From NCBI GenBank assembly GCA_963678065.2, contig CAXXVZ010000005.1, positions 96,001 to 160,000 on the forward strand: DNA of 64,000 bases, given 5' to 3'. Below the pieces are notes generated by a model that did not search any database, was not told the origin of the DNA, and was given only the letters and a program-made list of their open reading frames with translations. This document shows positions 18,350 to 27,837 of this stretch, piece after piece. Made by a program: the position numbers and the translations under genes. Each line of letters begins with the position of its first letter. Position 1 is the stretch's first letter. The DNA comes from Treponemataceae bacterium. GTDB lineage: Bacteria; Spirochaetota; Spirochaetia; Treponematales; Rectinemataceae.

Positions 18350-19312
18350 TCAGAACAGTATGACGCCCTTCATGTAGCCGTCTTTCCGTTCCATCGCCGT
18401 GGTGAAAATCTCTTTCGCATCTTCAAGCCGCGCCGAGTGCGTCAGCAGTTTTTCGTTGGAAAAAACGCCGTTCTTCATGAGCCTGATCGTCCGCGGGAAC
18501 AGATCCCCGAAATGCGGATTCACGCCGGGCTGGATATTCAGGATGCGCCAGGCGTTCGTGTGCCAATCGTCCAGCTCGAACTCGTGGCCGTGATGGTGCC
18601 AGGCGAAATTTTCGATTATCGCCGCAGGTTTGGCGAGGGCGAGGGCCAGGCGCATCGAGTCGGGATTCCCGGCTGTCTCTATTATGACGTCGAAATGTTT
18701 CAGGTATTTTTCGGCCGGCGCACCGCGCCCGACCAGGGCCGTTTCGCTCGCGCCCATCTCCTTCGCCATCGCGAGCCTCTTCTCGTCCACATCGAAAACG
18801 GTCACTTCGCCCGCGAGCATCCTGGAAAGCCCCTGCATGAAGATGAGGCCCATGTAGCCTGCGCCCACGAGGGCGACGGAATCTCCCGGCTGTATCCCGG
18901 AATATACGAGACCGTTGACGATGCAGACCACCGGCTCCACGACCCAGTATTTGAGGGGGATATCGTTTTCCGGGATCAGGGAAACCTTCTGGTCGGTCCT
19001 GATGGCGTGGCGCGCCATCAAGGCCCCTCCGGGGACTCCGATGGGGACCTCGTGGCAGGCGACGCGCTGGCCGACCGCGACCGAAGTCACATGCTCGCCC
19101 GCAGCAATCACGCGGCCGACGCCTTCGTGGCCGGCGCAGAATGGATACGGATGAAAGCGCCCGAAGCGTCCCGCAAAGGACAGGACGTCCCAGCCGCAGA
19201 TGCCGCACAACTCCATTTCCACCGCCACCTCGTTCGCGGCCGGCTCGGGAATTTCCATGTCGCGGAGCTCGATGCTGCGCTCGCCGAGATACCAAAGTCC
19301 CTCTGTTTTCAT
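18350..19312 (-). CDS. Zn-dependent medium-chain (sugar/polyol) dehydrogenase
   Basis: CGICGWD, GHEGVG, GAGYMG; lacks the structural-Zn Cys cluster. Confidence 0.8.
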   Translation of the reverse strand: MKTEGLWYLGERSIELRDMEIPEPAANEVAVEMELCGICGWDVLSFAGRFGRFHPYPFCAGHEGVGRVIAAGEHVTSVAVGQRVACHEVPIGVPGGALMARHAIRTDQKVSLIPENDIPLKYWVVEPVVCIVNGLVYSGIQPGDSVALVGAGYMGLIFMQGLSRMLAGEVTVFDVDEKRLAMAKEMGASETALVGRGAPAEKYLKHFDVIIETAGNPDSMRLALALAKPAAIIENFAWHHHGHEFELDDWHTNAWRILNIQPGVNPHFGDLFPRTIRLMKNGVFSNEKLLTHSARLEDAKEIFTTAMERKDGYMKGVILF

Positions 19313-19325
19313 GGTCATACCCCTT

Positions 19326-20264
19326 TCAGGCCGCTTCTTCGCGCAACCGATCCAGCAATACGGCTCCGATGATGATCAATCCCTTCACGACAAGCTGGAA
19401 ATAGGCGGAAATGCCGAGCAGGTTCATTCCGTTGTTGATCACGCCGATCATGAGGGCCCCGAGAAAGGTTCCCCAAACGCTGCCACGGCCTCCGTTCAGG
19501 CTCGTGCCGCCGATGACGACGGCCGCGATGACGTCGAGCTCGTAACCGCTTCCCGCTATCGGTTCGGCGGAATTGAGCCGCGAGGTGAGGATCAGCGAGC
19601 TTATCGCCGCCGTGGCGCCGGCGATGACGTAGGCGAAGGTCTTGAAGAATCCGGAATTGATTCCCGAAAGCTTGACCGTCTCCTCATTGCCTCCGATGGC
19701 GTAGGTGTAGCGCCCGAGTCGTGTCTGGGTGAGGACCACGAAGGCGATGACGACGATTACCAGGAAGATGATGATAGGGACGGGCAGCCCCAGGATGTAT
19801 CCGCCGCCGATGAAGCGGAACGCGGGCGAAAAGCCGGAAATCGGGTAACCCTTGGTGTAGATGAGCGTGAGTCCGCGCGCGATGCTCATCATGCCGAGAG
19901 TCACGACGAATGGAGTGATTTTGCCGATCGTGATGAAAAGTCCGTTCATGAGGCCGCAGCCGATCCCTATCCCCAGAGTGGCGATCACGACGACGGGAAG
20001 AGGGCTCCCCCCTTTAAGGAGGCCGGCGCAGACCGCTCCGGATATGGCCAGGATGGAGCCGATGGACAGGTCGATGCCGCCCGTCAGAATGATGAACGTC
20101 ATGCCGACGGACATGATGCCGTAGATCGAAGTCTGCCGTATCACATTTATGATGTTCGTCATCTGGAAGAAAACCGGCGAGAGGATCGAAAGGATTATGC
20201 AGATCAAAAAGAACGCTATTACGATCCCATAGTTTTTGAGTGTGTTCCGTACATTGATCTTCAC
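19326..20264 (-). CDS. Sugar ABC transporter permease (RbsC family)
   Basis: GGIDLSIGS, PFVVTLG, YAIGGNEE, GYELDVIAAVVIGGTSL. Confidence 0.92.
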   Translation of the reverse strand: MKINVRNTLKNYGIVIAFFLICIILSILSPVFFQMTNIINVIRQTSIYGIMSVGMTFIILTGGIDLSIGSILAISGAVCAGLLKGGSPLPVVVIATLGIGIGCGLMNGLFITIGKITPFVVTLGMMSIARGLTLIYTKGYPISGFSPAFRFIGGGYILGLPVPIIIFLVIVVIAFVVLTQTRLGRYTYAIGGNEETVKLSGINSGFFKTFAYVIAGATAAISSLILTSRLNSAEPIAGSGYELDVIAAVVIGGTSLNGGRGSVWGTFLGALMIGVINNGMNLLGISAYFQLVVKGLIIIGAVLLDRLREEAA

Positions 20265-20291
20265 GATGCGGCTCCTTGGAAGATTCCTGGC

Positions 20292-21791
20292 CTATGAAGC
20301 GTCCGGATGCAGGCCAAGCGCGTACTCCATGACTTGTTCGCTGTTCGCTTCCCCTTTTTTGAATTCCTTGACGATCCGGCCACCGAAGACAACTTCTATC
20401 CTGTCGCTCATGTTCATGATTTCGGGCAGCTCGGAAGACACCATGATGACCGCAGCGCCCTCCTCGGCCAGATTCTGCATGAGTTTGTATATCTCCACCT
20501 TGGCGCCGACATCGATTCCCCGCGTCGGCTCGTCGAAGATGTAGACTTTGCAATGCCGGACGAACCATTTGGAGAGCACGATTTTCTGCTGGTTGCCGCC
20601 CGAGAGGAACCGCACCTGCTGTTTCAGCGTCGGAGTCTTTATCTCCATTTTTTTGACCATGTTCCTGACGAGGCCGCCGATCTCCTTCCTGCGAAGCAGG
20701 CCGAAAGCCGAGTACTGGTCAAGAATTGTCAGCGCCGAATTGTCGAATACGGAAAGCCCCAGGACGAGCCCCTGTTTCTTTCTCTCTTCGGGGATGAGCC
20801 CGATGCCTTTGAGCACGGCATCGCGTGGACTACGGATGACCGTCTCCACTCCATCGATGAAGACCTTGCCCGAATCCCTTTTTATGAATCCGTAAAGGAG
20901 CTGCATAATCTCGGTGCGGCCGGCTCCGACAAGGCCGGTGAATCCCACTATCTCGCCTTTCCGGACAGCGAACGAAACACCGGAACAGACGCCTTTTTTT
21001 GACAGACCTTCGACGCGCAGCACCTCGTTCCCGACGGAAATCGACGCCACTGGATACTGCTCCGTGAGTTTGCGGCCTACCATGTGGTGTATGATCTCAT
21101 CGGTCTGAAGTTCCGCGAGCGGTTTCGTCACGATCCGGGCGCCGTCGCGGATCACGGTGACCCGATCGGCGACCCGAGGAATCTCCTCGAGCCTGTGCGA
21201 GATATAGATTACGGAAACTCCGGTTTTTTTCAGGTTGTTGATCATCTCGAAGAGACGCTCGACTTCGTTTCCCGTGAGCGGCGCGGTGGGTTCATCCATG
21301 ACGATGATGTCGGATTTCAGGGAAAGCGCCTTCGCTATCTCCACGACCTGCTGGTAAGCTGGTCCGATGCTGTGGATTTTCGCCCGGGGATCGAGGGCGA
21401 CATTGAAAGGCTTGAGCAGGGCATCGACGTCCCGGTACATTTTTTTCCAGTCTATGAATCCGCCGGGGAGCCGCGGCTCGCGCCCGAGAAAAATGTTCTC
21501 CGCGACGGAGAGGTACTGGATGAGGTTGAGTTCCTGGTAAATCACGCTGATTCCGGCGTCGAGCATCTGTTTGATACCCAGGGCGGTGACTTTTTTGCCC
21601 CTGAGCCGTATCTCGCCTTCGTCGGCGCGGTAGAGTCCCGAAAGGATTTTCATGAGGGTCGATTTCCCGGCGCCGTTTTCTCCCACAAGGGCGTGGACTT
21701 CGCCTTCACGCAGATCGAAGTCCACACGGTGGAGGGCGCGGACGCCGGGAAAAGATTTACTGATACCGACCATTTCCAATAAGGTCTGCAT
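20292..21791 (-). CDS. Sugar ABC transporter ATP-binding protein (RbsA family)
   Basis: GENGAGKS, MDEPT, GLVGAGRTE, LSGGNQQK, DEPTRGIDVGAK. Confidence 0.93.
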   Translation of the reverse strand: MQTLLEMVGISKSFPGVRALHRVDFDLREGEVHALVGENGAGKSTLMKILSGLYRADEGEIRLRGKKVTALGIKQMLDAGISVIYQELNLIQYLSVAENIFLGREPRLPGGFIDWKKMYRDVDALLKPFNVALDPRAKIHSIGPAYQQVVEIAKALSLKSDIIVMDEPTAPLTGNEVERLFEMINNLKKTGVSVIYISHRLEEIPRVADRVTVIRDGARIVTKPLAELQTDEIIHHMVGRKLTEQYPVASISVGNEVLRVEGLSKKGVCSGVSFAVRKGEIVGFTGLVGAGRTEIMQLLYGFIKRDSGKVFIDGVETVIRSPRDAVLKGIGLIPEERKKQGLVLGLSVFDNSALTILDQYSAFGLLRRKEIGGLVRNMVKKMEIKTPTLKQQVRFLSGGNQQKIVLSKWFVRHCKVYIFDEPTRGIDVGAKVEIYKLMQNLAEEGAAVIMVSSELPEIMNMSDRIEVVFGGRIVKEFKKGEANSEQVMEYALGLHPDAS

Positions 21792-21819
21792 GACCGCTCC
21801 CCCGATTGAATGCAAAATG

Positions 21820-21846
21820 AGGGGCCGGCGTCCGACGCCGGCCCCT
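21820..21846 (-). terminator. Intercistronic stem-loop after the substrate-binding gene
   Basis: AGGGGCCGGCGT-CCG-ACGCCGGCCCCT 12-bp stem. Confidence 0.55.
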
Positions 21847-21859
21847 ATCCGGGAATCGC

Positions 21860-22756
21860 TTACTTCGTGACAGGCAAGGGGTTGATGAAGACAACCTTCT
21901 TGGCCGGCTCTTTTTTATTCTTGATCTTGTCGACGAGGGCGGAGAGCGCGAGACCTGCCTGCTGGCCGGGGAACTGGTCGATTGTCGCGCCGAGTTTCCC
22001 TTCCTTCATGTAGGAGAAAGCGTCTGTCGTGGCGTCGAAGCCGATAGTGACCTTGCTCTTGAGATTGATTCCGGCGGCCGACATCGCCTCGATGGCGCCG
22101 ATGATCATCTCGTCGTTGGCGCCGAACACGGCGTCGAATTTCGGATACACCTGCATCAGGTTTTCCATGACGGACTGAGCCTTCGAGCGGCTGAACTCTG
22201 CGGTCTGGGAAACGAGGATCTTGACGCCGGAGGCTTTCATGATCTCATCGAAGCCTTGCTTCCGGTCCACCGCGGCGGAAGAGCCCGGGGTGCCTTCGAG
22301 TTCGATGACGCTTCCCTTGTTGCCCAGTTTCTGGATGATGTAGCGGGCGGCGGCCCTTCCGCCTTCGACATTGTCCGCCCCGACGTGGACGAGAACCGCG
22401 TCGGTGTTGGCCTTGCGGTCCACGGTCGCGACGGGGATGCCGGCTTTGACAGCGTCCTCGATCGCCGGGACGAGAGAATCGGTCGTCATCGGGGAGATGA
22501 GAATGCCGTCCACCTTCTGGGCGACGAAGTTTTCCATGGCGGCCATCTGTTTGTCCGAAGCGTTCTGCGCGTCGATGAACAGCAGCTTCACTCCCAGTTT
22601 TGCCGCGGCGGCGTCCGCGTCGTTCTTCATCGTGACAAAGAACGGGAACTGGAGACCGGGAACCGTCATGCCGATGACGATCTGTTTGGTCTGCGAAAAC
22701 ACGGAAACAGGCATCAGGGCGAGAACCAGCAAAAAGAGAATGAGTACCTTTTTCAT
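21860..22756 (-). CDS. Sugar ABC transporter substrate-binding protein (RbsB family)
   Basis: Signal peptide MKKVLILF; PFF, GIPVATVDR, GADNVEGG, ANDEM, IGFD, DQFP. Confidence 0.92.
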   Translation of the reverse strand: MKKVLILFLLVLALMPVSVFSQTKQIVIGMTVPGLQFPFFVTMKNDADAAAAKLGVKLLFIDAQNASDKQMAAMENFVAQKVDGILISPMTTDSLVPAIEDAVKAGIPVATVDRKANTDAVLVHVGADNVEGGRAAARYIIQKLGNKGSVIELEGTPGSSAAVDRKQGFDEIMKASGVKILVSQTAEFSRSKAQSVMENLMQVYPKFDAVFGANDEMIIGAIEAMSAAGINLKSKVTIGFDATTDAFSYMKEGKLGATIDQFPGQQAGLALSALVDKIKNKKEPAKKVVFINPLPVTK

Positions 22757-22854
22757 CTTTGCCACCTCCATGGGAATTTGTGTGCGATAGAAAACATTGT
22801 TAACCTGCTTTTTCGTATTGTCAACGGAAAAGCGTCGAAAAACACGAAATTCTT

Positions 22855-22884
22855 GAATGATATCGTTTGCGCAATCGTTATCAT
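22855..22884. promoter_or_regulatory. LacI-type operator, copy 1 (GAATGATATCGTTTGCGCAATCGTTATCAT)
   Basis: Identical 30-mer also at 23001-23030; near-palindromic with CG-centred half-sites. Confidence 0.75.
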
Positions 22885-22983
22885 TGACCATGAATGCAAT
22901 AAAAGGCAAATTTATTTAATTAGAAATATTAATACTTTTTACTGAATGATATTAAATATGGCTTATATAACAAAAGAATCAAT

Positions 22984-23030
22984 TTGACAGCATTTAATAA
23001 GAATGATATCGTTTGCGCAATCGTTATCAT
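22984..23030 (+). promoter_or_regulatory. Sigma70 promoter of the lacI operon overlapped by operator copy 2
   Basis: TTGACA(22984)-N17-TATCGT(23007) with extended TG; operator spans 23001-23030. Confidence 0.75.
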
Positions 23031-23048
23031 GTTTCAAGGAGAGTCCCG

Positions 23049-24065
23049 TTGGCATCAATGAAGGATGTAGCCCGCCTGGCCGGCGTTTCGACCTCGACAG
23101 TATCACGGGTTATCAACAGCTCCATCCCTGTCGACGAAGAAACACGCGTCAAAGTCGAGCGAGCAATACGGGAGATCAACTTCAAGCCCAACCTGGTCGC
23201 CCGCGGACTCAGGATGAAAAGCGCCAATCTGATCGGCATCGTGGTTCCCGAACTCCAGCATGAAACCTTCACGTCGTTCATAAAATTCACCGAGGAAAGC
23301 GCGGAAGCGCAGGGCTACAATCTCGTCATCGGCTCCACGAACACGAATCCCGACACCGAGGAACGGTTCATAGAAAACCTCATCCGGAGGAACATCGACG
23401 GCATCATTTTTTCGCGGGTATCCGACAAGAGTCGCGTCCTCAAGCTGATAGACCGCACCAAGGTTCCGGCCGTCATCATAGACCGCTCCCTCGAGCGCGA
23501 GGACATCCCCGCCGTGGTGATGGACAATTACGGCGCCGGCGTGATGGCTGCCGAGCATTTGCTCTCGCTCGGGCACAGGCGTTTCGCCTGCATCACGGGG
23601 CCGATGGATATTTCCATCAACCGCGAACGCTTCGCCGGTTTCCGGAATACCATACAGACGAAGGGCGGGCAGCTGGACGACAGATGCGTTTTCGAAGGCA
23701 ACTTCAAGTTCGAGGCGGGAGGCAGGGGGATCGATCACCTGATGGATTCAGGCGCCGATTTCACCGCGCTCTGGGCCCAGAACGACTACATGGCCATAGG
23801 GGCCATGAACAGGCTCATAGCCCGCGGTGTTTCGATCCCGGCCGACATATCCCTCATCGGTCTCGACAATATCGAACACTCGTGGATGATCAAGCCCGCC
23901 CTCACGACGATAGCCCAGCCCTTCCAGAAAATGTGCGAGAGCGCCGTCGACCTCATCATACGGATGAGCCGCAAGGAAAAAATGGAAAAAATCAGGATCG
24001 TGCTCGGGCCGGAACTGGTGATCCGGGAGACGACGGCGTCGCCGGGCGCGGGACTGCGGCATTGA
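23049..24065 (+). CDS. LacI-family transcriptional repressor
   Basis: SMKDVARLAGVSTSTVSRVIN HTH; IGLDN, LTTIAQP, LVIRET; TTG start after AAGGAG. Confidence 0.93.
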   Translation: MASMKDVARLAGVSTSTVSRVINSSIPVDEETRVKVERAIREINFKPNLVARGLRMKSANLIGIVVPELQHETFTSFIKFTEESAEAQGYNLVIGSTNTNPDTEERFIENLIRRNIDGIIFSRVSDKSRVLKLIDRTKVPAVIIDRSLEREDIPAVVMDNYGAGVMAAEHLLSLGHRRFACITGPMDISINRERFAGFRNTIQTKGGQLDDRCVFEGNFKFEAGGRGIDHLMDSGADFTALWAQNDYMAIGAMNRLIARGVSIPADISLIGLDNIEHSWMIKPALTTIAQPFQKMCESAVDLIIRMSRKEKMEKIRIVLGPELVIRETTASPGAGLRH

Positions 24066-24143
24066 GTCCGCGGTCGCAGAAACCAAGCCGCCCTGAAGAA
24101 GTCGCTTTCGGCCTCTTCAGGGCCTTGTTAAGGAGATTCGATC

Positions 24144-25337
24144 ATGGCAGGCGAAAAACAACTGGTGGAAGCCGCTCTCAATAATGGAAACGGCGTTTTC
24201 CGGCTGGAACCGGCGTGGGTCCCCCGCTCATTCTGCATTCCGGGCAGGCGGCTCAAGCTGCACCCGGACGATTATTACTCGTACGGCGCCAATCGCGGAG
24301 GCATCGACGAGCGCTGGTTCGCCTCGACGACGAAGGCCGACAACGGGCCGCTGACGACACCTTTCGAAGGGCTCTCCTTCATTCACGTCGACGACTCCTC
24401 CAGGGTGCTGCTCCGCGATGCCCTCGAAATCGCCGGCGCGGAAATCCTCGGCACAGAGGTCCTGCAAAAATACGGCGGCTGGATGATGTACTCGAAATTC
24501 TTCGACAACCAGGAACCCCTGCCCCACCACATCCACCACACCGACGCGATGGCGGCGAAGGTCGGGCGCACAGGCAAACCCGAGGCATACTATTTCCCCA
24601 AGCAGCTCAACAACCACGGCGGCTACTTCCCCTACACCTTCTTCGGTCTCAATCCGGGGACGACGAAGGGAGAGGTCAAAAAATGCCTCGCAAACTGGGA
24701 AAAGGAAGACAACGGCATCCTCTACCTCTCCCGGGCATACAAGCTCAGGCCTGGCACGGGATGGGACGTTCCACCGGGCATCCTGCACGCTCCGGGATCG
24801 CTTCTGACCTACGAGCCGCAGCGCGCCTCGGACGTGTTCGCCATGTTCCAGAACATCGTATGGGAAGCCTACACGCCGAAGGAATTGCTGCAGAAGGATA
24901 TTCCCGAAAACAAGAAAGACGATCTCGACTACTATGTCGGGCTGCTCGACTGGGAGCTCAACACCGATCCTGAGTTCTTCGAACACCGCTACATGGCCCC
25001 GAAACCCGCGCGGCCCCTGGAGGAGATGCGCGCGGGGGGCTATGAGGAATTCGACATCGTCTACAAGTCCGATTTTTTCTCCGCAAAGGAGCTGACGATC
25101 CTGCCCGGCAGATCGGCGCTGATAAAGGACGAGGGGCCCTACGGGGCCATAGTCATCCAGGGACAGGGCATGTTCGGCAAACTCGATATCGGATCTCCCG
25201 CCCTCATCCGCTTCGGCCAGATGACCCACGATGAGCTCTTCGTCACAGCGAAGGCGGCGAAGGAAGGCATCCTCGTCACGAACACGAGCCCGACGGACGG
25301 ACTCGTCATGCTCAGGCATTTCGGGCCGAAGGCCTGA
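24144..25337 (+). CDS. Class I mannose-6-phosphate-isomerase-like cupin, paralog 1
   Basis: KFFD..LPHHIHH..KPEAYY..VPPGILHA..YEPQRASD follows the PMI type I motif order. Confidence 0.7.
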   Translation: MAGEKQLVEAALNNGNGVFRLEPAWVPRSFCIPGRRLKLHPDDYYSYGANRGGIDERWFASTTKADNGPLTTPFEGLSFIHVDDSSRVLLRDALEIAGAEILGTEVLQKYGGWMMYSKFFDNQEPLPHHIHHTDAMAAKVGRTGKPEAYYFPKQLNNHGGYFPYTFFGLNPGTTKGEVKKCLANWEKEDNGILYLSRAYKLRPGTGWDVPPGILHAPGSLLTYEPQRASDVFAMFQNIVWEAYTPKELLQKDIPENKKDDLDYYVGLLDWELNTDPEFFEHRYMAPKPARPLEEMRAGGYEEFDIVYKSDFFSAKELTILPGRSALIKDEGPYGAIVIQGQGMFGKLDIGSPALIRFGQMTHDELFVTAKAAKEGILVTNTSPTDGLVMLRHFGPKA

Positions 25338-25347
25338 AGGAAATCCC

Positions 25348-26550
25348 ATGCACACGACCAAGGCCATCCACGAAACCTTTGAAAAAAACTCGGGCGTCCT
25401 CAGACTCGCGCCGGTATTCGTGCCCCGGCGGTTTTCCTCGGCCGGAAAGCGGCTCAGGCTCCATCCGGACGATTACTACGCGCTGGGGACCGCGCGCGGA
25501 TCGATCAAGGAGCGGTGGTTCTCTTCCGTCATCCCGGCCATGAACGGCCCCGCGGCTCCGGCCGACGAGGGCATGAGCTACGTCGATCCGAGCGGGAGAA
25601 AAGACGAACTCTTCCTCTTCAAGGACGCCGTCGACGAACTCGGAGAGAAAATCATCGGGAGGGAGCTGAAAGAAAGGTTCGGAACCTGGCCGATGTACTC
25701 GAAATTCTTCGACTACGAGGCACCCCTCTTCCACCATCTCCACCTGCGGGAAGAAGATGCCAGGCGGGTCGGCCGGAAGGGCAAGCCCGAGGCCTACTAT
25801 TATCCACCCCAGCTGAACAACCATCCGGGACAGTTTCCCCACACCTATTTCGGCTTCGATCCGGACGTGACGAAGGAAGAAGTCCGCAGCCGGCTCGCGG
25901 ATTTCGAGAAGCGGGACATCCGCATCACCGATCTTTCCCGCGCATTCAGGATCGAGCTCGGGACCGGCTGGTACACGCCGCCGGGAGTCGTCCACGCGCC
26001 CGGCTCTTACCTGACCTACGAGCCGCAGTGGAACTCCGACGTCAATTCGGTCTATGAAAACATCGTCTCGGGCGAGGTCTATCCCTACGACTTCCTGGTC
26101 GAAAACTGTCCGGAAGACAGGAAGCGCGACATCGACTACGTGCTCAGTCTCATGGACTGGGAAAAAAACGTGGATCCCAACTACCGGAAGCACTATTTCC
26201 GCCCTCCGGTCGTCGCGTCGCAGGACGAAAACCACATCGAAAAATGGGTCGTCTACGCGACCGGCTACATCGCGGCCAAGGAGCTGACAGTCCTGCCGGG
26301 ACGAAGCGCCGTCATCAAGGACCGGGCCGCCTACGGCTGCATCCTCACTCAGGGACACGGCAGGTTCGGATGTCACGAGGCCGAGGCCGCTATCATGCTC
26401 CGCTACGGAGACCTCAGCGCCGACGAGTATTTCGTGAGCGAGGCCGCGGCGCAGGAAGGCGTCATCGTGACCAACAGAAGCAGGACAGAGCCGCTCGTCG
26501 TGCTGAAACACTTCGGCCCTAACGCCGGAGACCCGGCCGTGGCCGGCTGA
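25348..26550 (+). CDS. Class I mannose-6-phosphate-isomerase-like cupin, paralog 2
   Basis: KFFD..LFHHLHL..KPEAYY..PPGVVHA..YEPQWNSD; start ATG 25348. Confidence 0.7.
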   Translation: MHTTKAIHETFEKNSGVLRLAPVFVPRRFSSAGKRLRLHPDDYYALGTARGSIKERWFSSVIPAMNGPAAPADEGMSYVDPSGRKDELFLFKDAVDELGEKIIGRELKERFGTWPMYSKFFDYEAPLFHHLHLREEDARRVGRKGKPEAYYYPPQLNNHPGQFPHTYFGFDPDVTKEEVRSRLADFEKRDIRITDLSRAFRIELGTGWYTPPGVVHAPGSYLTYEPQWNSDVNSVYENIVSGEVYPYDFLVENCPEDRKRDIDYVLSLMDWEKNVDPNYRKHYFRPPVVASQDENHIEKWVVYATGYIAAKELTVLPGRSAVIKDRAAYGCILTQGHGRFGCHEAEAAIMLRYGDLSADEYFVSEAAAQEGVIVTNRSRTEPLVVLKHFGPNAGDPAVAG

Positions 26551-26561
26551 GGAGGGACCGC

Positions 26562-27812
26562 GTGGGCAGCGCTCTCGAAGCCAGGCGATTCGACTATCTC
26601 GGACGGAAGTCGACCGCCCTCTCGAACGGAAAGGTGAGGGCCCTCGTCGACGCATCCGGCGGCATGATGCCCGAATTCAGTCTCCTCAGGGGCTCGGGCG
26701 GAGTTAACGCGCACTGGATGCCGGATTTTCGCGACAACTCCGGAAGGCCGTATTCCGAAGCCGAGCACGGAAAATACTGGAAAAACAAGGTTCTTTACCT
26801 CATCGCGGGGGATTTCCCCTGCAGCCCCAACTTCGGATCGTCCTGCGTCGTGGACGGGGTCGAACTCCCCGTCCACGGATGGACGGCGAACGAAGAGTGG
26901 AAAATCGAAAATGTCGGAATTTCGCCCGATGCAGGAGCCGCCTGGGCGCGATTCTCCCTCGGAAGCCCCGAGCCGGCCATGCCCCTCGTCTGGAACAAGT
27001 GCGACCTTCTTTTCGAGGAGCAGACAGCGTATTACTCCGTAATCCGCATCAGGAACGGCGGGGAAAAACCTGTCGCCATAAATCTGACCCGGCACAACAC
27101 GCTCGGCTCGCCCTTCCTGCAGGCCGGCTGCCGCATCAGCCTCTGTGCCGAGCGTTTCCTGACGGCGCCCGCCGGCACTGAGTACGACGACACGGGCCGC
27201 CTCGCTCAAGGGGCAGAGTTCGGGAGCCTGTCCTCCGTGCCTCTGCGCGACGGGGGCTCCACCGATCTTCGCACCGTGCCGGGCATGATAGGCGCCACGG
27301 ATTTCGTCACCGGAGCCGTTCCGGCGCGCCTTTCTCTCGGCTGGAGCTGCGTCGTCAACCCCGTGCTCGGGATCGCCTACATCTGCTTTTTCCCTGGCGA
27401 GGCAGCCCTGCCGCGCGGGGAGATAGCCCTCTCTTTCAACGACCTCTGGCTCCAGTACGGCGGCAGGCCATTCACACCCTGGGCTCTCGACGAGGGCGGC
27501 GCCGACCACAGCTTCTGCCTCGGCACGGAGAACGCGGTGGGAGCCTTCGCGAGCGGTCTCGCCTACGCCCGCTCCGTGCCCGAAATCCTCGGAAAGCCGA
27601 CGACGCTCACAGTCCCCTCAGGCGGCGAGAGAAAACTCTGTTACGGCACGGCCCTCGTCGAGCTCACCCCGGATCTTCTCCGGGAAGGGGTCCGGTCCAT
27701 GGAAGCCGAGGAAGGGAGACTGGTCCTGAAAGGGGAAAGGGCCTTCCAGCGAGTCGCCCTGGACAGTACATTCCAGAGGACGCGCTGCTTCGAGTCGGGA
27801 TTCTGGGAATGA
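26562..27812 (+). CDS. Hypothetical protein, probable galactose-mutarotase/aldose-epimerase-like fold
   Basis: RBS GGAGG; LPVHGW, HNTLG and C-terminal LGTE motifs resemble aldose 1-epimerase-like proteins; lies in a sugar operon. Confidence 0.55.
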   Translation: MGSALEARRFDYLGRKSTALSNGKVRALVDASGGMMPEFSLLRGSGGVNAHWMPDFRDNSGRPYSEAEHGKYWKNKVLYLIAGDFPCSPNFGSSCVVDGVELPVHGWTANEEWKIENVGISPDAGAAWARFSLGSPEPAMPLVWNKCDLLFEEQTAYYSVIRIRNGGEKPVAINLTRHNTLGSPFLQAGCRISLCAERFLTAPAGTEYDDTGRLAQGAEFGSLSSVPLRDGGSTDLRTVPGMIGATDFVTGAVPARLSLGWSCVVNPVLGIAYICFFPGEAALPRGEIALSFNDLWLQYGGRPFTPWALDEGGADHSFCLGTENAVGAFASGLAYARSVPEILGKPTTLTVPSGGERKLCYGTALVELTPDLLREGVRSMEAEEGRLVLKGERAFQRVALDSTFQRTRCFESGFWE

Positions 27813-27837
27813 ACGATCACGGAAGGGCAGGTTGCGG

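Noticed and set aside
22855..23030. Two identical 30-bp palindromic repeats as a mini-CRISPR
   Set aside because: Only two copies, 116-bp spacer, no cas genes; overlap with a promoter and LacI-type sequence fits operators.
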